11,021 nt of DNA. It comes from Octopus sinensis (taxonomy: Eukaryota). Where the stretch lies: positions 1 to 11,021 of the forward strand of contig NW_021826935.1 of the NCBI RefSeq assembly GCF_006345805.1, written 5' to 3'. Under the pieces are notes generated by a model. That model was not told the DNA's origin, did no database searches, and saw nothing but the letters and a program-made list of their open reading frames with translations. How positions within the stretch are numbered: the stretch's first letter is position 1; each line of letters starts with the position of its first letter. Shown here piece by piece: positions 1-7,913 of the stretch. The position numbers and the translations under genes are program-made.

Positions 1-132
1 CCGAGACTCACATTACGTTATTGCTCATATATACGGAGCGTTATTACTATTACATAAACAAACATTCTAGACTCACTTTACGTTCTTGTTGTTACACGCG
101 CAAACATTTTAGACTACAAACACACAAGGAAA

Positions 133-254
133 CCTCCATGTGGTCGCATGATCTGCTAGAAATAGTAGCTGTAATGTTGCCAAATTGCACTGAATTGTGT
201 TGAGAATAAAAATAGGAATTTACGACACATTGGCTGTTGCATCCTAGGTGGACT
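133..254 (-). repeat. Unclassified dispersed repeat family X, right part of a copy split by a SINE
   Basis: Reverse complement of 137-172 (gctactatttctagcagatcatgcgacc...) matches 3570-3596 (ctactgtatctagcaggtcgagcgact) and 6878-6907 (agctatttctagc...gagcgacc). 224-250 matches the reverse complement of 6771-6800. The copy resumes after the SINE at about 704. Confidence 0.65.
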
Positions 255-501
255 TTTTATTTTATCTTTTATCTTTTACTTGTTTCAGTCATTTGACTGC
301 GGCCATGCTGGGGCACCGCCTTCAAAAATTTTTTAGTCAGATAACTCGACCCCGGAACTTATTTTTTTGTTAAGTATGGTACTTATTCTATCGGTGCTCT
401 TTTGCCAAACCGCTTAGTTACGGAGACGTAAACTCACCAACACCGGTAGTAGGGGACAAACACAGACATGAACACACACACGCACACGCACACACACACA
501 T

Positions 502-543
<42 letters not shown>

Positions 544-703
544 ACACACACACACGACACCGTTCTTTTAGTTTCGGTTTACCAAATCCATTGATAGGTC
601 AACTCGAGGCTATAGAAGATACTTGCCCAAGGTGCCTCACAGTAAGACTGAACCCAGAATCATGTGGTTGGGGAGCAAGCCTCTTACCACTCAACCATAT
701 CTA
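255..703 (-). mobile_element. tRNA-derived SINE, type A (octopus-type), near full length
   Basis: Minus-strand head tggttgagtggt (A-box-like) ... gggttcagtc (B-box-like). Body and 3' end (aaggcggtgccccagcatggccgcagtcaaatgactgaaacaagtaaaag plus short A-rich repeats) are collinear with the + copies at 4682-4986 and 7567-7913. Confidence 0.9.
472..555. repeat. (CA)n microsatellite inside the type A SINE
   Basis: Directly visible CA run with a few interruptions, at the position where the other type A copies carry (TA)n/(TG)n. Confidence 0.97.
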
Positions 704-783
704 CAAAAAATTTTTTAAATAATCGGCTGAAAATTTTTTGATGACTGGATTGTTGCATCCAGGTTGACCTATGGCTAATCAGT
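704..783 (-). repeat. Family X, left part of the copy split by the SINE
   Basis: cggctgaaaattttttgat...aggttgacctatggctaatca resembles the reverse complement of 6676-6735 (ttagccacaggtcagctttgatc...) and parallels 8281-8346 (...tttgatgatag...tgggctaagcaac). Confidence 0.55.
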
Positions 784-798
784 TACAAAAATAAAAGC

Positions 799-960
799 AC
801 TATTGGCCACGTCCAAAAGATAGTGGCCATCCAACAGATTGCGAAATATTCACCACATTAACACATTAGGGTCACTAATTCGCAGATGTTCTGTTTCCTC
901 TCTCTCGACCTCTTCTACCGCTACTACAATGGCATCTGCTCTGATATAGCTAGTTGTGTA
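799..960 (+). mobile_element. Decayed non-LTR retrotransposon ORF2 remnant (CR1/L2-group-like C-terminal region), left part
   Basis: 863-904 reads TLGSLIRRCSVSSL. After one extra TC in a (CT)n run, 907-960 reads DLFYRYYNGICSDIASCV, resembling the LINE motif L.xL.xRR.vasLxLFYRYyxGxCS. 811-840 reads VQKIVAIQQI, resembling the upstream LDRVQxxAxRxI motif. Confidence 0.6.
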
Positions 961-1358
961 TATATCGTGGCACTCCGTCGGTTCCGACGATGGGGGTTCC
1001 CAGTTGATACGATCAACGGAGCAGCCTGCTCGTGAAATTTAACATGCGAGTGGCTGAGTGCGCCATAGACACACGTACCCTTAACGCAGTTCTGTGGGTG
1101 GGGGGGGATTCAGCGTAACACAGAGTGTGACAAGGCTGACCCTTTTGAAATACAGGTAGAACAGAAACAAGAAGAAAGAGTGAGAGAAAATTGTGGTGAA
1201 AGAATACAGCAGGGTTCGCCACCACCACCCTGCGGAGCCTCGTGGAGCTTTAGGCGTTTTCGATCAATAAACACTCATAACGCCCGATCTGGGAATCGAA
1301 ACCGCGATCCTATGACCACCAGTTCGCTGCCCTAACCACTGGGCCGTTGCGCCTCCAC
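961..1358 (-). mobile_element. tRNA-derived SINE, type B, full length with 12-bp TSD
   Basis: Minus-strand head gtggaggcgcaacggcccagtggttagggc (A box) ... ggtttcgattcc (B box). Highly similar to 1944-2323 and 7113-7499. Exact TSD gctagttgtgta at 949-960 and 1359-1370. Confidence 0.95.
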
Positions 1359-1370
1359 GCTAGTTGTGTA

Positions 1371-1665
1371 CCAACACTGTTGTTTGTCAAATATTCCCTT
1401 CATCACTGCACTACAGTCACTGAATCATACTTCTTCCGTGTCCTCTCTTACGCTTTCTCTGTCTCAAGGGCCTCAGCTTCCATGAAATATCTATCTGCTC
1501 ACCCGTCCCAAACAAGCATACCGTCACTACTACACACACCAGTATTCTTGAGTCTCATTCCTAAGCTCTTTCACACTCTGCTATTCTTCTCTCGAGAGCT
1601 CCAAATCTTTCCCTCCCCGTAGACCTTGTTAATATTCTCACTGAACATTAACAATACTAAACTCA
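1371..1665 (+). mobile_element. Decayed LINE ORF2 remnant, right part
   Basis: In frame with the left part once the SINE and one TSD copy are removed (..DIASCV|PTLL..). Later reads AHPSQTSIP and IFPSP*TLLIFSLNINNTKL, resembling SHPxxVxIP and xFPxxxxLxxFKxxINxxxL of LINE ORF2 ends. There is an unexplained extra stretch of about 25 codons. Confidence 0.5.
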
Positions 1666-1734
1666 CAGACAGGGAGGAGAAAGAGAGCCTATAAAGGCCT
1701 CGAGTCTATAATAACATTGGGTCATTATGTATAA

Positions 1735-1883
1735 GTGAAGGTGCGTGGCCTAGAGGTTAGCGTGCTCGGTTCATGATCATCAGACCGTTGGTTCAGTTTC
1801 TGCATCTGTTAGCGCGTTGTGTCCTTGAGTAAGCCATTTCATTTCCCGTTGCTCCAGTCATCTGGTACAACTCTCTCAGCTGG
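1735..1883 (+). mobile_element. 5' fragment of tRNA-derived CORE-like SINE (type C)
   Basis: gtgaaggtgcgtggcctagaggttag...gtgtccttgagtaag...atttcccgttgctccagtc is collinear with the reverse complement of 3060-3191. The 3' tail is missing. Confidence 0.75.
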
Positions 1884-1943
1884 ATATTCCAATGGATCCA
1901 GAGTTACGAGATCGAGATCATGTCTCTGCACGAGATTACAAAG

Positions 1944-2323
1944 GGAAGCACTCCGTCGGTTACGACGATGAGGGTCCCAGCTGATACGATCAACGGAACA
2001 GCTTGCTCGTGGAATTAACGTGCAAGTGGCTGAGCACTCACAGACACGTGTACCCTTAACGTAGTTCTCGAGGAGATTCAGCGTGACACAGAGTGTGACA
2101 AGGTGGCCTTTGAAATACAGGTACAACAGAAACAGGAAGAAAGAGTGAGAGAAAGTTGTGGTGAAAGAGTACAGCAGGGTTCACCACCACCCCCTACAGG
2201 AGCCTCATGAAGCTTTAGGTGTTTTCGCTCAATAAACACTCACAATGCCCGGTCTGGGAATCGAAACCGCGATCCTACGACCGCGAGTCCGCTGCCCTAA
2301 CCACTGGGCCATTGCGCCTCCAC
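1944..2323 (-). mobile_element. tRNA-derived SINE, type B, full length with TSD
   Basis: A box (ccactgggcca, 2301-2311) and B box (ggaatcgaaacc, 2257-2268) on the minus strand. TSD gagattacaaag 1932-1943 versus gagactacaaag 2327-2338 (one mismatch; extendable to 15 bp with two more transitions). Confidence 0.95.
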
Positions 2324-2444
2324 TATGAGACTACAAAGTCACCTAAAGCAATAAGTGAAAATATTGTACATGTATCTGAGTCGTACTCGTTCATGATGAT
2401 GGCTGGCTGTTCTACCAAATACCAGGGTAAAAAAGACAACGAGT

Positions 2445-2560
2445 TATTGTTTAATTCCAGATAAACTCAGATCCAGTATTTTTATGATCAAAAACTTACC
2501 CAGCCGTAATTGCAGCGTTTATTTTTTTCTCCTTTTATTCAAGACAGAAGCAGATTGGGA
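2445..2560 (+). repeat. Family X, left module only
   Basis: Contains tatgatcaaa and ccagccgt in the family order. ccttttattcaag (2531-2543) is identical to 10991-11003. Confidence 0.5.
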
Positions 2561-2627
2561 GAGCCATTAAAATGTCGTATACACAGCATCGACGTTAATT
2601 TTACATTTAACTTATTCGAAGTCAGTA

Positions 2628-3191
2628 AAAAAAAAAAAAAACAGAAAAAGCTGGCACTCCGTCGGTTACGACGAATGCTCTAGTTAGTTAGTTAGTTAGT
2701 TAGTTAGTTAATTTGGCTCAAAAGCAAATAGCAAGGCCATGTAGGGGGACATGGAATTAAGTACAGGGTGGTGTTCATGTAAAGAGTTCAGGCCACTTGA
2801 GGTCAAGGGAGACTTTGAACAAAGCGGTCGTCGGCATCTTCACCATCTCGTCTGGCAGCTTGTTCCACGGATCCGCAACCCGGACGGAGAAAGCTCCTCT
2901 CCTTGATCTGGTCAACGGAACACCATGCTCGCGAAATTAGCGTGCAAGTGGCTGAATACTCCACAGACATGTGTACCCTTAATGTAGTTCACAGGGAGAT
3001 TCAGCGTGACACAAAATGTGACAAGTCTGGCCTTTTGAAGTACAGATGTTACTCATGTTTGCCAGCTGAATGGACAGGAGCAACGTGAAATAAAGTGTCT
3101 TGCTGAAGGTCACAGCGCACCGATGGGAATCGAACTCACAGACGTGCGATCGTGAGTCGAGTACCCTAACCACTAAGCCACGCGCCTTCAC
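2628..3191 (-). mobile_element. tRNA-derived CORE-like SINE (type C) sharing the type B 3' tail, interrupted by a LINE fragment
   Basis: Minus-strand head gtgaaggcgcgtggcttagtggttaggg...gagttcgattcc. Central ...gaccttcagcaagacactttatttcacgttgctcc... resembles the CORE domain. 2903-3045 and 2654-2685 match the type B 3' region. Degenerate TSD attcgaagtcagta (2614-2627) versus tttcgaggacaata (3192-3205), 10/14 identical. Confidence 0.85.
2681..2903 (-). mobile_element. 5'-truncated CR1-type LINE 3' end with (TAAC)n tail
   Basis: Minus strand 2903-2775 reads RRGAFSVRVADPWNKLPDEMVKMPTTALFKVSLDLKWPELFT*, matching the CR1/L2 ORF2 terminal motif FSxRVxxxWNxLPxxxVxxxxxxxFKxxLD. A short 3' UTR and about 7 TAAC repeats (2681-2710) follow. 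Confidence 0.9.
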
Positions 3192-3492
3192 TTTCGAGGA
3201 CAATAGATAAAGTAGTAAAATCAGGGTTGAAGGTTAGTAGAATTGTTAGGGTGTCGAAATGGATGTTTTGCAGAATCCGGTCTGGATCTTTTGTACTCTG
3301 GGGTTCAATTTTACCTCTTACCACTGGTTTCTTTGTGGCAGGAAAACGGATCCTTGGGGACCCGACTAACAGTGATAGAACTCCCATATCACACGGTGGG
3401 GCGTGTCGTGATTAAAGCAACAGCCCAGTCACGTGAATGTAGCAACCCTGAATATTGAAGCTGGAGAGACTCTAGAAAAGGAGAGAAAAAAG

Positions 3493-3606
3493 GTATGTCT
3501 AGGATCCCTTTATCTAAGTGTGTCCTTCCTTCTTTGAAAACAGTAAAGTGGGATTTGAGTGCGATTTGACTACTGTATCTAGCAGGTCGAGCGACTACGC
3601 AGATAC
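3493..3606 (+). repeat. Family X, right part
   Basis: gtatgtctagga...tgtgtccttcc...gatttgactactgtatctagcaggtcgagcgac is collinear with 6768-6907. Confidence 0.7.
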
Positions 3607-3798
3607 CCCCTCTTTACCTCGCGTCATGAAACTCAGTCTGTACTTCATGTACGGATTGAGTAAGAGGTTGAGAGTTAAACTAAAATTACACCCAGGACAT
3701 GAAGAATAACAAAGCAAAACAATAATTAACTTTAATACTTAATTTTGCTCAAGAATATCAAGGGGACAACTTTGAAATTAAATTAATTGAACATTAAT

Positions 3799-3799
<1 letters not shown>

Positions 3800-3833
<34 letters not shown>

Positions 3834-4002
3834 CATTGTGTACAGTGCTCAGGTGCACTACAACTAATCTAAAGTATATGCATAATCAGGTGTAGTTTCG
3901 GCGGATTTCGGAAAGCATGAGGGCCTTAAAGGATGCAGTGTCATGGCAGTCAACAACTGACGCAGGCAGTTTGTTCCATGCTTCAGCAACTCTGAGCGTG
4001 AA
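3800..4002 (-). mobile_element. 5'-truncated CR1-type LINE 3' end with (ATT)n tail
   Basis: Minus strand 4002-3886 reads FTLRVAEAWNKLPASVVDCHDTASFKALMLSEIRRNYT* (same terminal motif), then a 3' UTR of about 55 nt and an (ATT)n tail at 3800-3830. Candidate TSD attaatt at 3793-3799 and 4002-4008. Confidence 0.9.
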
Positions 4003-4021
4003 TTAATTTAAACTATTATTA

Positions 4022-4183
4022 TCGTATTTACTCGTGTATAAATCGCTCTATTTTTTTTATAATTGAATATAACTGAAAAATCTGGGGTGCGGAGTTACAC
4101 GAGGCAAAGCTACAGAGGGGAAAAAATTTGTACCAAGATTTAACACAAGATTAGGGATGAAACTTATACCCGGGTTAATACAG
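4022..4183. mobile_element. Tc2/pogo-like MITE (non-autonomous DNA transposon)
   Basis: Left end atcgtatttactcgtgtataa (4021-4041) matches the reverse complement of the right end (actgtattaacccgggtataa) at 16/21. TA precedes the left end (4020-4021). An internal subterminal copy gcggagttacacgagg is present. The CCGTATT-like terminus is typical of Tc2-type TIRs. Confidence 0.6.
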
Positions 4184-4518
4184 TTAATTATCTAAGTTAA
4201 TGAAGTTTTCTCCCCAATATGGGTAATTATAATTAATAAATAGAATTACTTAGCCTTCATTTGACTACATAGCTTTCACGAGCGAATCAGCCATGGGTAA
4301 TTTCTTCTTCTGTCCCCAGGAATTCTTTCCGAAAGACTTTGTTCTCTTTCTGTAGTGATGGTGATCACTCGCCTCTCAACACCTAGTGGCCACCCGGTCA
4401 TCTACCAGGCCATCAGCATACGGTTATCAGTGTTGTCTTGAGCATTCTGTCAGCTGTCTACGTTACTTCCAGTCATTACCAATGCTTCAGGATTGATTAC
4501 TTATAGTTTATATGTTTC

Positions 4519-4523
4519 TGTTG

Positions 4524-4556
<33 letters not shown>

Positions 4557-4610
4557 TGATGGGGGTGGTGGTTGTTATTGGAGTTGTTGTTGGTTGTTGC
4601 TGTAGTTGTT
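4519..4610. repeat. Compound (TTG)n/(GGT)n microsatellite
   Basis: Directly visible. Confidence 0.95.
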
Positions 4611-4681
4611 AAATAACCCTTCTCCCGCAGATACACCTTTACATATATGACAAAATAAATACATACATACATACATATATA

Positions 4682-4986
4682 TATAGCCCCGGGCCGACCA
4701 ATGCCTTGTGAGAGGATTTGGTAGACGGAAACTGAAAGAAGCCTGTCGTTTATATGTATAAGTATGCGTGTGTGTGTCTGTGTTTGTCCCCCTAGCATTG
4801 CTTGACAACCGATGCCCGGTGTGTTTACGTCCCCGTCATTAGCGGTTCGTCAAAAGAGACCGATAGAATAAGTACTGGGCTTAAAAAGAATAAGTCCCGG
4901 GGTCGATTTGCTCGACTAAAGGCGGTGCTCCAGCATGGCCACAGTCAAATGACTGAAACAAGTAAAAGAATAAAAGAATAAAAGAA
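4682..4986 (+). mobile_element. Type A SINE, 5'-truncated, with (TAAAAGAA)3 tail
   Basis: Starts at tatagccccgggccgacc and is collinear with 7652-7908. The 3' end matches the reverse complement of 255-322. Both flanks are (TA)n. Confidence 0.92.
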
Positions 4987-5094
4987 TATATATATATATA
5001 TAAATACACACAAACTTATACATGGATCAATAAATATGTACCCATATGTATACACGCATGAGTGTGCGCATCTATGAATATGTGGATGTATACA

Positions 5095-5096
5095 TG

Positions 5097-5128
<32 letters not shown>

Positions 5129-5319
5129 CGTGTGTGTGTGTTGTGGTGCGGTTGAGTGGGTGTGTGTGTGCGTGCGTGTGTGTGTGTGTGCGTGCGTGTG
5201 TGTGTGTGTGTGTGTGTGCGTGCGTGTGGTGTGTGTGTGTGTGTGTGTGTGTGTTGTGCGTGCGTGCGTGTGTGTGTGGTGTGTGGTGCGTGGCGTGTGT
5301 GGTGTGTGTGTGTGTGCGC

Positions 5320-5360
<41 letters not shown>

Positions 5361-5869
5361 CCGGGTGTGTGTGTGTGGTTGTGTGGGTGCGGGTGCGTGG
5401 GTGTGCGTGCGTGTGTGTGTGTGGTGTGTGCGTGCGTGGGGTGTGTGTGTGCGTGCGTGTGTGGTGTGCGTGCGTGGGTGTGTGTGCGTGGCGTGTGTGT
5501 GTGTGTGCGTGCGTGTGTGTGTGTGGCGTGCGTGTGTGTGTGGGGTGTGTGTGTGTGTGCGTGCGTGTGTGTGTGTGTGTGTGGGGCTTGTGGTGTGTGT
5601 GCGTTCGTGTGTGTGTGTGTGCGTGTTGTGGTGTGGTGTTGTGCGTGCGTGTGGTGTGTGTGTGTGTGTGGCGTGCGTGTGTGTGGTGTGTGTGCGTGCG
5701 TTGTGTGTGTGGGGGTGTGTGTGTGTGTGCGTGCGTGTGTGGTGTGTGTGGTGTGTGTGTGTGTTGTGCGCGTGCGGCGCGCGCGCGTTGTGTGTGTGTG
5801 GTGTGCGTGGCGTGTGTTGTGTGTGTGTGTGTGGCTTGCGTGTGTGTGTGTGTGTGTGGGCTGGCGTGT
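5095..5869. repeat. Very long degenerate (TG)n/(TGCG)n tract
   Basis: About 775 bp of mostly alternating TG/CG with frequent single-base interruptions. Confidence 0.98.
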
Positions 5870-5947
5870 ATTGCAGTATTTCAGGATGCTCTTTTTTTTT
5901 TTGGCTAGATATCACACGCACTCGATTTACTCGTCCTTCACTTTAGC

Positions 5948-5964
5948 ATCATATTATTATTATT

Positions 5965-5995
<31 letters not shown>

Positions 5996-6074
5996 TATTA
6001 TTATTATTATTATTTATTATTATTATTGTTATTATTATTATCATTATTATTATTATTATATCATATTATTATTA

Positions 6075-6119
<45 letters not shown>

Positions 6120-6144
6120 CATCATTATTATTATTATTATTATA

Positions 6145-6189
<45 letters not shown>

Positions 6190-6305
6190 CATCATTATTA
6201 TTAATATTATTATTATTATTATATTATTATTATATTATTATCATTATTATTATTATTATTATATTATTATGTATTATATATTATATTATTATTATGTTAT
6301 TATTA

Positions 6306-6351
<46 letters not shown>

Positions 6352-6542
6352 CATTATTATTATTATTATTATTCTTATTATTATAATTATTAATTATTAT
6401 TATATATTATTATTATCATATTATTATTATTATTTATTATATATTATTATTATTATTATATCATTATTATTATTATTATATATTATTTCATTATTATTAT
6501 TATTATTATTATTATATTATTATTATTATTATTATATCATTA

Positions 6543-6580
<38 letters not shown>

Positions 6581-6598
6581 TATTATTTTATTATTATT
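5948..6598. repeat. Very long degenerate (ATT)n tract
   Basis: About 650 bp of ATT with sporadic ATC and indel interruptions. Confidence 0.98.
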
Positions 6599-6667
6599 TT
6601 AGGTGTCCTTTGTCTGAATATTTTCGTCACACATTCTGTGACCTCTTCAATGTAAATAAATTATTTG

Positions 6668-6912
6668 TTGTTGTTGGTTAGCCACAGGTCAGCTTTGATC
6701 GAACAAAACTTATAATTAGAGCCGTTCCAACCATCACCATTGTGTTTTTGTTTGTTTTCATGTGTCGTGCATCTAAGACTACAATATCCAACGTGACCCT
6801 CATTTGCTTTTTTTTTTTTTAAAAAAAAAAAAGAAAAAAGACAAAATGGTAAATTGTAATTCAAGGGGAGATTTGGTAGCTATTTCTAGCAAGGTGTGCG
6901 AGCGACCAGCTA
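6668..6912 (+). repeat. Family X, apparently complete copy
   Basis: Carries the left module (gttggttagccacaggtcagctttgatcgaac...ccgttccaaccatcacc), the middle (catctaagactacaatatccaacgtgaccc) and the right end (gatttggtagctatttctagc...gagcgacc) in order. This links the partial copies into one family. Confidence 0.7.
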
Positions 6913-7112
6913 ACGCCCCCCCACCTTTAAATGTAACATGTCAATGTTTTGATTTTAAAGAATCCCATGAATTAACAGTTACCAAAATAGGGAATGCCGT
7001 CGAGATGAAGATCTAAAATATATTTTGTCACGAAACCGTTATACAAATTGCAAGAACCACAGTTCATACCGTTGTTCCACGGACAACACGCATTCACCTC
7101 CCTAACTTTAAT

Positions 7113-7499
7113 GGGATGGAAGCACTCCGTCGGTTACGACGACGAGGGTTCCGGTTGATCCGAATCAACGGAACAGCCTGCTCGTGAAATTAACGTGTAA
7201 GTGGCTGAGCACTCCACAGACACGTGCACCCTTACGTAGTTCTCGGGGATATTCAGCGTACACAGAGAGTGACAAGGCCGGCCCCTTGCATACAGGTACT
7301 ACAGAAACAGGAAGTAAGAGTGAGAGAAAGTTGTGGTGAAAGAGTACAGCAGGGATCACCACCATCCCCTGCCGGAGCGTCGTGGAGCTTTTAGGTGTTT
7401 TTCGCTCAATAAACACTCACAACGCCGGTCGGGAATCGAAAACCGCGATCCTATAACCGCAAGTCCGCTGCCCTAACCACTGGGCCATTGCGCCTCCAC
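7113..7499 (-). mobile_element. tRNA-derived SINE, type B, full length with 12-bp TSD
   Basis: Collinear with the copies at 961 and 1944. Exact TSD cctaactttaat at 7101-7112 and 7502-7513. Confidence 0.95.
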
Positions 7500-7566
7500 A
7501 TCCTAACTTTAATAAGACATTAAATAATAAACATGATTTTAGTATGAGAATATATGTATGTACGTA

Positions 7567-7913
7567 TAGGTGTGGCTGTGTGGTAAGAAGCTTTCTTCCC
7601 AACCACATGGCTCCTGGTTCAGTCCCATTGCGCGGCACCTTATGCAAGTGTTTTTTTTTTACTATAGCCTCGGGCCGACCAAAGCCTTGTGAGTGGATTT
7701 GGTAGGTGGAAACTAGAAGAAGCCCGTCGTATATATATATATATATGTATGTATATATTTATGTGTGTGTGTGTGTGTGTGTGTGTTTGTCCCCTCCCAC
7801 GCCATCGCTTGACAACTGATGTTGGAGTGTTTACAACCCCGAAACGTAGTGGTTCGGCAAAAGAGACCGATAGAATAAGTACCAGGTTTACAAAGAATAA
7901 GTCCTGGGGCGGT
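7567..7913 (+). mobile_element. Type A SINE, 3'-truncated
   Basis: Head ggtgtggctgtgtggtaag...ctggttcagtccc and internal (TA)n(TG)n. The body matches 4682-4905 and stops at gtcctggggcggt, lacking the ccagcatggcc...gaaacaag terminus. Confidence 0.92.

Noticed and set aside
235-770. tgttgcatcc at 235-244 and 751-760 as a TSD of the type A SINE
   Set aside because: The right copy is about 50 bp from the SINE head, and both lie within the two halves of a family X copy.
1290-1358. tRNA-like sequences at SINE heads (also about 2255-2323, 3125-3191, 7430-7499, 7567-7640)
   Set aside because: A and B boxes are present, but no closed acceptor stem is evident and each runs into a SINE body. They are not tRNA genes.
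1626-1654. 12-bp stem (one mismatch) with a 5-nt loop
   Set aside because: It is AT-rich, isolated and lies within the decayed LINE remnant, so it is plausibly chance.
3420-3498. Possible exon ending at AAG|GTATGT (3493) with an endonuclease-like NVATLNI motif
   Set aside because: The open frame is very short, and the donor-like sequence is the start of a family X segment (gtat(a/g)tctagg).
4541-4571. Potential G-quadruplex in (GGT)n
   Set aside because: Mostly GG runs (two-tier only), and simply part of a microsatellite.
5016-6655. Long ORFs of 209-446 aa (HT-, CV-, Y/I/L-rich)
   Set aside because: They are translations of the (TG)n and (ATT)n tracts, which lack stops in some frames.
1013-7416. 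Similar short ORFs at 1013-1228, 1839-2126, 2979-3203 and 7165-7416
   Set aside because: They lie within SINE copies, so their similarity reflects the repeat rather than a gene family.
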